A stretch of DNA of 64,000 bases, taken from contig ADNK01000490.1 of NCBI GenBank assembly GCA_000320545.1, positions 62,001-126,000 of the forward strand. The letters run 5' to 3'. This stretch comes from Bigelowiella natans CCMP2755. Lineage: Eukaryota; Protista; Cercozoa. Under the pieces are notes generated by a model. The model worked only from the letters and a program-made list of their open reading frames with translations, was not told the DNA's origin and made no database searches. How positions within the stretch are numbered: position 1 is the first letter of the stretch; every line of letters starts with the position of its first letter. The position numbers were made by a program, and so were the translations under genes. Positions 13,517 through 27,405 of this stretch are shown piece after piece.

Positions 13517-13746
13517 TCATGTTGAATGCAGCATGCCTCAATTCATGTACATCCGTCTCACATGTTGTACGAACAAGCTAAGGCGGCGATCGAATAACAG
13601 CTGTCGTAGTAAGACGGATGTAATTAATCAATTAAATTTGTTCAATGGTCATCCTTATGATATGTGTAAAATTTGGTCTAAAATCTAGCTAAGGATTAGG
13701 GGCGGTCTAAATTTAACCGGTGCAGAAATATCCATCTATATGTAAT

Positions 13747-13793
<47 letters not shown>

Positions 13794-13808
13794 AGAGCTA
13801 TCGTCGAC

Positions 13809-14210
13809 TTAGAATTTGTAAACCGAGTTTTCCGAAGTACAATAACCAAGGTCTTTGAGAACACCCGTTATTATCTTTTCGCTGCGAGCCCCGCAGAGGG
13901 CTTTGTACATTGGTGGAGGCCCACACACTAAGACCTAAGGACAGCACCCAAGAACGAAAGCTGTTATCATGACGTTTCTTGCGCGTGGCACTTTTCCTAA
14001 GATGATGATGGTGACACTTACCTTCTGGGATTTTGAAGGTGGTGGACACAAGCGTCTGATCTTCTCCGCATCGATAAAGCCTTCCTCCGCGGATCCCTTT
14101 TCCTCGAGCTTAGACACAACGTAGACCGCCCTGAAAGCAGTGTGCAGAATTTGAGTCCATGACTCTAGCTTAGTGAAAACATCAAAAACATTATTGTCCT
14201 TTGTTCGCAT

Positions 14211-14245
<35 letters not shown>

Positions 14246-14822
14246 ATGCTCATTGTGGCCAAAGCTGCAGTATATCACCGAAAATTGGCACATCTTTGCT
14301 GCATCTCATCCAGCTGTTCTTTCAGGAGAATATCCTCCTCGGTATTGTTTCCGTAAAGTAGCACAATTTTAGGGCACTTCATGGTGGAACCGAGTCGATT
14401 GTCTAACAGCTCCATCAGTGCCTAGCGGATGATGCGAATCCCGTACAATAAGTCAAGCTTCTATCCAAGAAGAGGGGATTGAGGAATGATAGAAAGTAGA
14501 GTATATAGCAGCAGATCTTATTTTTGCCAACCTGATACATTGGTGTGATACCCGTGCCTCCCGCGAGCATAATTAGCGAGTTCAACTCTCGAAGTTCCTT
14601 CACAGGTATCTGATGCGGCCACAGTCGATTTTCATTAGCATTGAACACAAAGAAAAAAATATGATGCTATCGTACACAGTGCCTCCCCGTATATCTATTA
14701 CCTTGACATTGAATGGTATGTGTTTGAACGTCACTGCCTTGCCGACGGCGAGAGAACACATCCACTTTGATATCTTCCCCTCAGGGTAGCTCTGAAGAAT
14801 AGAAGTCCAAGACAAAATGGCA

Positions 14823-14885
<63 letters not shown>

Positions 14886-15905
14886 GATGTGAGACAGAAC
14901 GTGTTTTGACTGAAGAATTCAATGCTCATACTCACCTTCACAAGCAACTCTAAGTAACCTTTTTGACGGCCAGAGGATACTATGTGCACACGGTTAGATT
15001 AAGATTATTAGGGGCATTCAATAAGCCTCACAACACTGCGAACAATTGTGGATGTGTGCCTAAAATACACCAAAAATGCACGCCTTACTGGGGGTATATG
15101 GCCGCACTTCTTTCTTCAACTCCTTGTCTCCCTTAAAATGAGGTCATAGCAATAACGTCATGCACATGAACTCATCTGCACCGTGCACTATTGTTCTGCT
15201 TCCATATTTTGAGTACACTACCCTCATTCTATCGCTCCCCTACTAAGCACCCTTTATCCAGCATCACCTTGACAAGGATGCAAGCGCAAGTCGGCAGGTT
15301 TAACGGCTGTGTGGAATATGAATAAACACAAACACACACACTACTCATGTTTATATAATTTATACATAAATTTATTTTCATTCGCGTGCGTGATTAAAGA
15401 CAAATAGAGGTAATATATATGTTCAGTGCACAATCGAGTATCTTATTTACCAGAATCGGGCGTGGGAGCTCGAAGCGTAGGACCTTACAGTTGTGGTTGT
15501 ATTCCCGACTAGAGATTAACTTCAGAGGTATCCACTCCTCATTTAGCTGGCACTAAAAGAATAGATTGTCATTACTGCATGACTCACATAAATGGTTAAA
15601 TCGAAACAAACGTGAACATATGGAAAAATAACACATAATGTTTGAATGAGAGGGTCCTGTTCGTGCACCGAGAAAATGGATCGATGCGACAAAATATGAA
15701 GCGTGATTTAGAATTCCCCACCCCTCCCCCCCATGTTTGAATTCTCTGTACTTGAAAGCACCTTTTCTGTATATTTATCATCTGGAATGGATTCCAAGAA
15801 GTCTATTGTCGCTTGGATGGGATCTTCTGGCAACGCAAGAGCCAATTTCTTTCCAATTTCCTGATATAAGTAGTAGCTCATGCGGTTATGGACGATTCTT
15901 GACAT
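13809..15905 (-). CDS. NADH-cytochrome b5 reductase family flavoprotein with an extra N-terminal helical module (~9 exons)
   Basis: Spliced product has YNHNCKVLRFELP, VRPYTPIS (FAD RxY motif), LLVKSYPEGKISKW, MLAGGTGITPMYQ, LLYGNNTEEDILLKEQLD and VLVCGPPPM...VYKF*. Confidence 0.9.
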
Positions 15906-16397
15906 GGTAGCGACTAGGCCAAAATTCCGAACTATATGCTACTGTATTCCTAGAGTTTACATTAGGTACATACTTAATGAGCCCATCGATGTTGTTCGCC
16001 ATGAAGTAATCCTGCATGTCCTGCGGAAAGGACAGAAGAGACTTCAGCTCAAGCGACACTCGGGGTAGCGCAATTGAATTTGAGCTGTATTAGGGAGGGA
16101 GGGGGGAACCTGAATGCAAGCTCTTGCCCTCGTATGAAGTAGGCCCCCCCACCCTTCGTCAGTTACGAAATTGGCGATTGATTGGGTATTGATCAGTGTT
16201 GTAGTAGTTGTTGCGAGGAACGACAAACAGCTTTTTCATTTCAGGAAAATCCTGGGAAAGAAATCCAGTCTGGAAATCCTGTGGTTGGTGGCACTGTTAA
16301 TGCAAAACATCCCACATTTTTGTCCTAAAATCAGTGATAACCCATTGGAACATCCGCCCGAGACAACATCACACTGTATCAGTGCCTTTCCAATTTA

Positions 16398-17150
16398 GCT
16401 TCTTCAATCTCAATGCTGATCTTGCTTTCTTTTCTTGCTTTCATTGGCATTGCTTGATTTCATTGTTCAATTTGAGAAGATTTTTTGCATGCTTTTTGCA
16501 GTGGATGTGTTTGTTGTGACACTTCTTGATCACGTGTTTGTTGCAAAAGCAACAATGTGTTTTGTCGTGTTCATTTGCATTGTCGCAGTGACAATCCCTT
16601 GATCGAATGGGCATCAACATGATCTCTGTTGTCCGTTCTGTGTTGAGCTACCCCCACCTACATCAGGAGCAGAAGGGACATTTTTTTGGGTCAAATCCAC
16701 ACGTCCACTGCGGCACAAACAAGCACACATGCGCATTCGACCACACGTGCTTGAAGCGTGCCCGTGATGTGCAGATGCGATGGATCGACTGCATTTGCGC
16801 ACATGGCACACGTCGATCTGGGTGCACATGGACGATTGTCACGTGCTCCACAGTTGTCTAGCTGTGCACAATTGAACAACAATGTCGTGTGACTTCGCAA
16901 CACAAATCTAGAAATGACCAGTCTAGCAGTGACGAATGGACATCACATCCGCGACAGCGCATGCTAGCATGTGCACATCATGCAGGCTGTGCCCAACTAG
17001 CCAACTGTAGCTCAGTCATCCGGCTAGCCGGCCGCACCTGCTGCACAGCCAAGCTAGCAAACACTGCACAAGCGAACAAATGCCAATGCGTGCATGCAGC
17101 ACTTTGATGTAATGACATGCTAGCATGCGCAACATCGGCATTCAACATGT
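16398..17150. other. TpA-depleted / CTAG-enriched intergenic tract
   Basis: No TA in 16398-16648. About 10 TAs up to 17100, all in CTA or TAG context (manual count). Confidence 0.9.
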
Positions 17151-17225
17151 CATTGCTCCCCATCCAAGCTTAGTTTCTACTTTCACCTACATGCCCTTTC
17201 ATTGCTACGTCCTAATCGCATCTTG

Positions 17226-17922
17226 CTATTCAAGTTGCACCGGAGTAACTTTTGAGCTTTCCTTACTAAGTTCCGAGCGAATATGATTCCACAGCCGCTT
17301 TTGTCGATCGTTCTGAATGAGAAGAACGGACCACGACGTTGACGAAAAAGTATGAAGAGAACAATTGGAAACTAATGTTTGACCATATTTTCTATGTTTG
17401 ATTCATGAATACAATACGAACACGATAAGAGTACTTAGCTATTGGCACCGGCATCTACTCACCTTGTGCTGGAGGAGGAGGGACGGAGAAACCTCTACAA
17501 GTTCCCACACACCTTTCTCTACTTCATCACGCAATAAGCCCTGAGTTGTAATAAAATGATTCCACAAAGATGCAGAATGAAGAATTTGAAGGTTAGAGAG
17601 GAGCAGACATCGCCTTTTCACAAATTAGAACAACAGACTGTTATCATCAATCATCATCCCAAACATCGTCGTCGTCGTTATAATTGTTGTGATTTGTTCC
17701 TCGTATTGATCCATCAAACCCACCGGGAGCCATTCAACACGTTTAAAGAAGAAGTGAAACTTTCGTGGATCAAATTCCCTCTGATGCACCATATCATCTT
17801 CATCATCATCCTCACCACTACACAAATGTGTGATTAATGTTGCTGTTACAGTATTTTGGCATTTTTCACGATGACCCAGTGGTAAATTTTTGTAGCAGCG
17901 ATGAGAGGAAGACATACACACA

Positions 17923-17988
<66 letters not shown>

Positions 17989-19810
17989 TCACAACTAAAA
18001 ATCGGAGCGCTATACTGTGGTATGAGGATCAATAGTCGTCGTTGTGTCTAAGTTCTTTTCTTAAAGTACTGCTGCTGCTCCTACTACAACTCCTACATTC
18101 TCCGTAGCTTCAACAGCAGCACTAACTCCCCCAATGTACACGCCTGAGTCTCCAATAGCCTTGGCACCCTCCAACTGCACATCAAGTTGAACCAGCAGAA
18201 GCGTAGAAAGCAAAGAGGAAAAAGTACGTGTATCGTATTAGATGATGGGTAGTATCCCAATATTACACCAATAAACCATGCATAACCTCCCGTCCGACCG
18301 ACTTTTTTTTATGAAATGTAATAGCTACGATGATAGGATAAAGAAAATAGGATGCTAACTACACAACAAACTCGGTAGGAAATACTACAATATTACGTCT
18401 GCGACGGAATGCAGCATTAGCAGCTTATCTGGCCCGTCGCCCCCACCCATGCTTAGCGGTGTCTCAGAAAGTTTCGTATCCTCAAACACAGGGGCCTACA
18501 AAAAGTCGGGGCACAGTGATAGTCAGCGAGAGTGGTGGTAGTGGTAGTAGTAGTGGTAGGCCATTTCTGTAAGAAGATACTGTAATGAGATTATTATCAA
18601 AACATTGTTCTAAAAGAGCTAGCACAAACATCGATACATCTTGCCGCACCAAGGGAATATTTTCAGCGCAGCATTGCAAAGGATAAAAGGAAATAAGGAG
18701 AGTTGTATTGTAAACTAAGACGGCATGCATGCACGGACCATCTCCCCAACTTCCCAGGGCGTGTTCTTGTCAATTAGAAGACCCACCGTTCCCCTGATGA
18801 AAAAGTGGCGGAAGACATGTTAGAATGATTCCTCTTCCTACTACTACTCCACTATTTCTCTCTATTACAAATACATGCAAAGCTCAGTGTAGTCGCTACA
18901 TATCCTACACATTTTGTTCTAGATATGACGCGACAGCTCAATGTATCGACTTTATAATGTGCGCTGGTGAATTCTTGGCCGTGTATGATAAAATAACCTT
19001 TCCTCATGGTCTTCCAATATAAGTATTACAGAGTCGGTCAAAAAATGGTCAAAATGACCATATTTCTGGGTGACCAGAACGACACCTATGTATGTATGCA
19101 AGCAAGCATCATATACGTATTATTTTCGTCTAAGTATTTATCTATAAAGACTCGTGAAATTTTTTCTCCAGCACGTTCCCACCATTTTCACGCATAGAAG
19201 TACGACACAAGGATTATATCAGTTGTAATCAAACCTGGCTTAATCTTCTTGGCTCGCCTTACCCATTGATGCTCTTGCTCTCCAATTGAAGTGCCATCAC
19301 CTGTAGTATCCCTTGTAGCCCACTCCTTCTCATCACTATTGCTCTCTGTATTCTCCGATGTGAGTAGCTTGCCGTCCATAGAATATCCCCTTCATTACAA
19401 TAATTAGGGTTAGCTTCAATCAATGCTGTAAAAGCAGGATGACGATGCAAATTACATTTCCTGGACTGCCTTCTCAAGCTTCCCCGCTCCACGCATATAT
19501 TTGTTGAATTCCAAATCGTCGTCCATATCTGGGGGAGGACGGGACCGGGCTGCAGCCTAGGAAGTATATATTTAAACAAAAACATTTCACATCGAAAATC
19601 CGCTCGTATGCATCATCTTCGGGACGCAACCTTCCAGCTTCTCTGGCGGAATGAGATTATGGGTCTCCACATCTTGGAGACTTTTCTGGTGGAGGAGCAC
19701 TGTCTCGAGGCTTCAATGGTCTGGACCCCCCCCCAGCTAACAAGGAGCAGCAGCATCAGCATCGGGTGCGATAGGACCTTCCGGGTAATACGGAAGGAGG
19801 AGCTACCCAT
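17226..19810 (-). CDS. AlgH/YqgE (DUF179) family protein with a signal/transit-like N-terminus; 1-nt frameshift at 18440-18443
   Basis: Spliced motifs: PGVVLVTQKYGHFDHFLTDSVIL, GTVGLLIDKNTPWEVGEM, PLSMGG/GDGPDKLLMLHS, LEGAKAIGDSG, FDPRKFHFFFKRVEWLP, LRDEVEKGVWELV and RLWNHIRSEL. This motif order is typical of DUF179. Confidence 0.8.
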
Positions 19811-20337
19811 ACTTGCTCGAGGAGTGACCGACCGACCGACCGACCGACCGACCGACAGGAATCGTCCGATGAATTCCATGCATTTTTCACCTAAAAACAA
19901 GTCTTTTTCCAGTCGCAGATAAAGAAATACCACGTCTTTTCGCATGCAGGAAAACATTGATTTTTGATCTGCGACAATATTAGTTTGCATGTCGCAGAAA
20001 AAAATTGCCACACCGATCCTGAGTCACCTCGTCTCCTGCAACCACCCCCACAGACCAACAGCTGCCTCCTGAGGGTGGCAGAGGGAAATGGCATAAACTC
20101 CCGCTCTTGATCCCCCAGGCACACACGGAAAAAGATCACGTCTTTGTCGTCTACAGGTGGAAGCCACGAGAGATTGAAAAACTGAGAGGGGCAGGCTAGC
20201 AGGGAGAGATGGTTCCAGACCAGGATCTCAGTGATGTTCAATAGTCCAAATAGTTCTCCTCTTCTTCGTTTCTACATTTATTCAACTCTTAAACCCTCCT
20301 CGTTCTTCTTTATCTTCTTACCTTTTGATCAGGGAGA

Positions 20338-20486
20338 AAATGCCAAACAAAGTTACCGCAGCAACACGCCTCTACCCGGCCGTCACACCGGCGGTCGTTC
20401 TCAATGCGGGAGTCGGGATCTTATTCTCTGCTCTCTTCTTTTTTGTTTTTGTCCCGCAACACTTAGAGTGTTATCGACGGTATATT

Positions 20487-20558
<72 letters not shown>

Positions 20559-20828
20559 CCTCTCTCCCTCTCTCCCTCTCTCGCTCGCTTTCCTCTGGAA
20601 TCACCAATGCTGTACCTGTAATAATTTACCGTAATTTAAAGTTTGTCTCCCTCTACACAGGAAATCGACAGCAGGTCTGTCGCCTTGGCTGTTGCTGTTC
20701 GGTGGTATCTCGTTCATGTTTGCCTTCTACAATGTGCTCCTGCTAGACCTTGGTATTTGATGATTCATGAAGAGTCATTAAGTGAACTCTATAATTCCGC
20801 TTTCGAGTATTTACTGTGACAATGCTGT

Positions 20829-20904
<76 letters not shown>

Positions 20905-21192
20905 CCCACGAGATCGTTTGTCCTCTTATCGTCTGCAATGTTTGTCCAGACACGCTTGGTGTTTGTCATGGCGATGATAAGTACAAGCCAGAAGTCTATA
21001 ATTGCATAGCGGCGGCCTCTCCGATATTACAGCAGCTTCTACCCGCCATCACGGGGTGTGTGTAAATTTATTCATTTGTTCTGCGTGCAGTAACACTCGT
21101 TGGGGTCGTATGAATCGTGTTCTTGTAAGTACATAGAAGGAGATGCAGGTGCAATGCATGACCACTATGGCTATATTATTGCCGTCGTTGTT

Positions 21193-21228
<36 letters not shown>

Positions 21229-21606
21229 TCATGCAGCATTCACGTTACAGATATCCATCTTGGTATATCTGGTTTCACCTGTACTGTCCTCCGGAGATAC
21301 GAGAGCAACACATAATCTCGTTGTGCCTCTTTTTGACGACAGCTTTCATTGGGTGAATATGTAGAATATGTTCGTGGCGATGAAAAGATTTTGCAACATA
21401 GCACAATTTAGATATGATTGATTAGTATATTCGATTTTGCAAGTAGCACCACGAATATTTCATCCTGTGCATATGGGGCATGAATAATCTATTTTTCCTG
21501 TACCGCTGGGGAAATATAATATGAGAAATAGCTGACATTCATGTCGAGGGTTTGTGCGTTTTTGGTGTGGACATCGTTATCCTAAGTTATACCCACTTAC
21601 GTTCTC

Positions 21607-21656
<50 letters not shown>

Positions 21657-22108
21657 CGTGAATTTGGATCATAGCGCTGCAATATCAGTTTATGTCCTAT
21701 TTCTCCAAGATCGTGAGCTCACACTCTTTGTCGGGACGGTAAGGACGACTGTTGCCATGAATTATTATCAAAACTAAATGTATACGACGACGATTTGTTC
21801 TCCCAGTCGATACGAAAACACTAATTTTAAATGATTCGTAGTTCTCATAACGATAATACTCAATGCTTTGTGTTCTACGACCATAAAAACGACCATGGAA
21901 AAACAATGTGTGTGTCAGACAAATGCTTCTTTCTTTGATACCCAGTCTTACGCATCTATGCTTTTCCTATCCGCTCCTCTAGCCAATTTCGTTGCTAACC
22001 ACCGACAATTAAATGTAGACCTGGGGCGTGATTGCGACGATCATGAACTTCATTATGTGGTTTCCGCAGGTAAACAAGACGAAAACAAACAAACAAACAA
22101 ACAAGAAC

Positions 22109-22151
<43 letters not shown>

Positions 22152-23285
22152 CGCGCGCATGACATTATTATATATATGCTATAGTTCTGTAGTTGCTAAG
22201 GATATTAAATTCTCCACACGCATATTATGTAGTTGGTTCATTCTGAATTATCATGATTAGATTGAGACCACTATACGCCTCAAATCCCGCGGGGCGTTGT
22301 CCGTGTCGATGCTTATCTCCACGATTATTAGGTAGTACCTGCTCTGTTTGCACCCATGATGGCCATGTGGTGATCAATTATGCTCTTCATATTCTCTCTT
22401 CTTCAGCGCTTCTTGCCGCTGATGTTGTTGTTGTTGTGCTGCTGCTTAATTCTTTTGGTCGAGCGAGTAGTCCAACAGGCATCCATTTCTTCTTTGTTCT
22501 TTTCACTTTCCCTATTTCCATCTCAACATCTTGAGATCACCATCATCAACGCATTAGGATCCTTTCGTTCGTTATATCCCACCATCACCACTCATCACAT
22601 TCTACTTCTTCTTCTCCTTCTTCTCCTTGTTCTTCTTCCCCTTCACTAGTGACATCGTCTTCACGCTTTATCTCTGTGTCTTGGCTCGTCAACATTGGAG
22701 CGTTTGGCTTCCACAGGTGCTAAGCAAGGCGAAAGACAGGGAGGGGGGGGAGTTTAATCGGTTAGAAGTTTGTCAGTGTGCTCCGAATATAGAGAGATCA
22801 ATGGCGTTGCTCCGCGACGACGACAGTCAGTGGAACAAAATTCCACAACGATTAGTCTGGTTTTCAGCGAAACGATGCCATGAACGTCATTGCGCCGCTC
22901 TCCATCTCGCCATTGATTGAGGGCACTGATGCTGATTATATGTTGCTGCTGTTCAAAGGTGCCCGATGCATTCCAGCAGATGTTGCTCCTCGCTCTTCTC
23001 TGGCATTACGGCGACTTGGGCAAGGCAGAACCCAACTACATCTCACCTTCGCTTTTGAGTTCCTCCACGAGTATGATATCGATGAAGCCAGGCTACAGGG
23101 CATTGGCTTCTTCTGAGTTGGTGGTTCACCGCCATTCTCACGGAGCTGTTCGTGTTGATGTGTCCCCCTCATCAAAAGCAACGAACGGCGACAGCAGCAA
23201 CGTGGTAATTGCTGTACCGTCCTCTGCTGATGATGCTGGCAACGGCGGGAGGTATAGGCCGATGAAGCGTCTCGTTAAGTCTTAG
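20338..23285 (+). CDS. Multi-exon multipass membrane protein of unknown function (7TM-like)
   Basis: Short AG/GT-bounded exons encode hydrophobic segments (VGILFSALFFFVFVP, FVLLSSAMFVQTRLVFVMAM, RFLPLMLLLLCCCLILL, DIVFTLYLCVLARQHW, VPDAFQQMLLLALLWHY) and a Ser-rich tail. Phasing is only partly verified. Confidence 0.5.
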
Positions 23286-23392
23286 AAATCACCAATGATG
23301 AAAATGCATAGACGAGACGACGAATGTGTTAGACACGACCTTCCTGTCGCATGAGCATGGCAGTGCGTGCGTGCGTGCGTGCGTGCGTGCGT

Positions 23393-23434
<42 letters not shown>

Positions 23435-23997
23435 CACAAATACTACTGCTGTGTTCATCTAGTCATGCATGGATCAGTTTAAAAAAGCGAAGAGCATTGT
23501 CACATTATGCATCTGTGAGCACTACGCAAAGAAGTGTTCAAGATTTTGTTACTCTTAAATGAAATTGGACCCGCCCAAAATTTGAAAAATATGCATGTAA
23601 TGAATGTGTCGCCCCATGCGCCGCAGCATTGACTAGATTGAGCGGGTCGACACACACACACAACACATAAACAGCGCCCCCACACGAATGCATTGTTTAT
23701 TTCATGCAAAGCGCTGTGCTCATATGCTGGCATGCATTCAACTATTTTGTGTCGAAGCACCGCTTAAGCTTGCAAAAGCTCTCATAGCGTCTGCTTTCGA
23801 TAGTAATGCGATGTCGCTATTTGTATGTCGAAAGTCATGATTTTACAAGAGTACGTGGTGAACACTTTTATGTGCATGCCATTGTCGCCGACGCTCAATC
23901 AGCATAGACTATTACGCGTCAATAAATCATCGTAAGCGAGCTAGATGCTGCAAGATCGAGGTCTGTACGTCGATCTACTTGAACTTCAGTGTTTTGT

Positions 23998-24914
23998 CAA
24001 TTTTTTCGGGTAGTCCCCTGCTTGGCCGAGTCGAAGAAGCTCCTTTTCATTTTCCTAAGATGATTATCGCTGTTGTTAATCTCATAGAGCACCGACCTCC
24101 ATTTCAAGACTGCACTGACGCTTGATATCGAGAAGGCTCGAATTAACATTGGAAATTCCGAAATGATCTGCTGCTTTCTTAAGATCCTTAATGTTAGTTG
24201 CCTCTCACATTTATCCGCATCATTCTGAGACCTACTACATGTTAAAACGACCTATCATCAATATCACAACTGTCTTTCCAGTCTAGCATTTTCTCAAAGA
24301 CACCTCGCTAAAGATAGTCACTAGTTGTGGACGACTTTCATATAATGAGTATTTGTTGGACCCTCTTCGATGACTTTGCAATTCCTCGAGAACTTGCTTC
24401 GATGATCCGTGGACTGATCACAATAAAAAAGAGTCTGAATCATAAATGCGTGCTTGCTACCTGGCATCAAAACACTTGCTTCGACTCTGATGCACTAGTA
24501 GGCAGAAAGCCTGGAGAACATGGGAGGAGGAGAGGATGGCAAAGGTCATCGAGAGCAGCTGTGAGTACCGAAATGATGCAGAAGCAAGCCAACATTTACA
24601 GACACCTGTACGGTAATATAATACATAAAACGTCTAAGATTTATTCCTGCGACAGCTCTTTCCGTTTGTCGTTCGATCAGAATGTACCGTAACTGAAGCA
24701 CCAGCATGCCGTGAATCACGTTGGTATTTAGGCTTGTACGCATCCATTCGACCCTGCGGCACGTTTGTTGTCGCTGAATGAAACTCCCCAACGATGGCAC
24801 AAGAGGACAAAACATTGAGTAATTAAGAGCGAGACCAGACAACCCTCTCTTCGTTTGGGGAATAATATATCCCAGAATCACCTTATGTAGGCCGTGCCGC
24901 AAGCGGAAAGTCAC
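23998..24914 (-). CDS. Hypothetical protein (partial model)
   Basis: Open stretches bounded by splice sites: ~24606-24914 ending at GT, and a terminal exon ~23998-24231 (SQNDADKCERQLTLRILRKQQ...TRKN*). Middle exons are unresolved. Confidence 0.3.
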
Positions 24915-25261
24915 CCATATTTTCCAGAGGAGAATTTTACACCTACACGTAGCTCGAATTCAGAGAGAATTTGTCCATCTTGTTCGAGTAGGTGTAGAAA
25001 GATACCCTGAGATTACATGAGTGTGACATGAAGAATGGCTTGTCGCTTGCACACTATTTTGTATAGCTTGACCAAGCCACGTGAACAAATGTGAGGATTG
25101 AATGAAAACGCATTTAGTTCTAACATAACGTCACGTTTTTTATGTCGACGCAGGTGGTGAATGGATGGTGATTTGGTGTAGTCGTAAAATTTTACATGGC
25201 GATTTCGTTCGGATTTCAGGATTTTCAGAGGATTTCATCACAACAGATAGACTGGACGTGC

Positions 25262-26893
25262 ATGCGTGGAACCATGGCGACTCTTCCCGCTCCCAAGTCA
25301 AGGACTAACTCGCTCTCTAGGATACATCTCCCTGCGCTAGCTCTGGCTGTAGCCTCGGTAATCGGGATGGTTTTCATTGTGGGGAATCGACTTCGAACAG
25401 CATGTGGCACAGGGGATTAGTACCCACTCATCACATGCACATAAGCACATACCCTCCGGGCATCCTTGAGCATTTCGCTGTGATCTGCAATTAAGCTTTA
25501 TTCGAATATTTTCGGGGACACAATATAATAATTGAAGAATACGGCGTATCTTCCTGATCGTCATCGTCAGGAAAAATCTATGAGAATTTGAAACAATAGA
25601 TACATTGAAAAACTAATTCAAATGAGAACATATTTGGAGGTACGGGGGTATAACTTCAAATCTAAGATTATTGTAGCTGGAATTAGCAGACATGATAAAA
25701 AAGATAACCCTAGATCGAACCGACATGCGAAATTCGACCTTCAATGACAACCATCTGCATTTTCTTACAAAATTGGTCGTCGCTCCGCCAACCCCTGATT
25801 TTTCAGGTTTCACTTTACGTTGCCTTCAGCTCGCTGTCCTCCAGCTATGCCCCAACCCTTGAGCTCGGTAGCCCAGTTCATTAGGATCATGAAATACATT
25901 GTAAGGGTGATATGACTCGAATTCTTTAGGTTATGCGCCGTCTCGATCTATGACAGGGACGCGAATTGGCTTCAATCCAGTGGCACAAATTCCAGGTGAA
26001 TTAGAGAACATACCACAATCAATGAGAATACTCGATTTGTATTTGCGTTAAAAATTCGGCGTAAGCGGTTTCGAACCAATTCATTTAACAATCAGCAGTA
26101 CGAGTACCCCAGAGACAGCAGCGTTTTCGCAGCTATGCAAGGTTCCTGCCACTGACCATTCAATCAATAATGATAAAACACATAATATCCCGGTGATATC
26201 TAAACATAATCCTCCCACTAACGTGCAGGATAGAAAAGTGGATTCAGACCCCGAACGGCGAATACAAGGGAGAGATATTTGATAAGGTAAACTCTTGAGC
26301 GAGGTTATTAGCAACTGATGGTTTAGGGCTGATGATGTGCAGAGGGGAGGAATGGACGAGTGATTTAAGGATTGCATCCATCCATATCTCTTGCTTCATT
26401 CTTTTCATCATCCGTATTCAGCATATCATCTTTCCTCGATGGTCGCCCCATCATCCCTTAATTCTTCCCTCTTCCACACTCTCAAAACCCCCAACAGGCT
26501 GGAGTCCCTGATGGCTCATTAATCACAACCAGCAAAATCGTACGGAAGGTATTATCACTCAAGTGTGCGCAAATGCAGCAAACCACGCGCATACATAGCA
26601 GTCTCTGAATGCAGTTAACAATCGACGCACACCTAATACTCGCCGCACAAATACCGAATAATACCCATGCAATGACCACCTCCCATCCACCCACTCACCC
26701 ACTTCTATATTTTAGGCTGGAAACACTGTCTACACGGACTCTGGCTCCAGGTAGTAAGAAGAAGAGGCTGCTTGATGATTTTCAACCAATAGCAAGCAAA
26801 CAACGATGCGATACTGCTGATGAAGATAGATACGAATGAGGACGTGTGAATCAGAGCATAATAAGAGCAAGAGAGAACTGAACAATGTCAATA

Positions 26894-26937
<44 letters not shown>

Positions 26938-27305
26938 GCGCCAATTCGCAGTTACACCCTGGGAACCCCTAAGAACGCCCCAAAGCCAGCTGCTGCTGCA
27001 CCGAAAAAAACCGCTGTTGCGCCTGGTTGTGGTTTTTTGTAGTAGTGATGGTGGTGGGAAGGACAATGGGGTCATGGCGACATGTAATGATGTTGATGAT
27101 GATGACGATGATGATGATGCCTCACCTGAACAACTTCGAGTGACATCATGTGGACGATGATACCCATTGACATTGCTGTATCGGCATTGAGGCGTTGGCT
27201 TATCATCATCCTTTGAAAGCTTTGTTGACTGATGCTGTGTATGTCCGTCAGGCACAAAGAAAGTCCCTCTTGGCACACAGCGAGGCACCATCAAGAAGCC
27301 TCCTG

Positions 27306-27354
<49 letters not shown>

Positions 27355-27367
27355 ACACACACACACA

Positions 27368-27405
<38 letters not shown>

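Noticed and set aside
16398-17150. CpG-methylation decay or fungal-type RIP as the cause of TG/CA richness
   Set aside because: CG remains common in these tracts and TA is lost, the opposite of C->T-driven signatures. C->T may still help generate CTAG.
18396-18496. Possible selenoprotein exon with two in-frame TGA (PCV*GYETF*DTAKHGWGDGPDKLLMLH)
   Set aside because: Splice phase and DUF179 motifs place the first half of the exon in another frame. A single-base indel in a G run explains it.
26055-26085. GGTTTCGAACC resembling a tRNA T-loop
   Set aside because: No cloverleaf or acceptor stem around it, and it lies in an intron.
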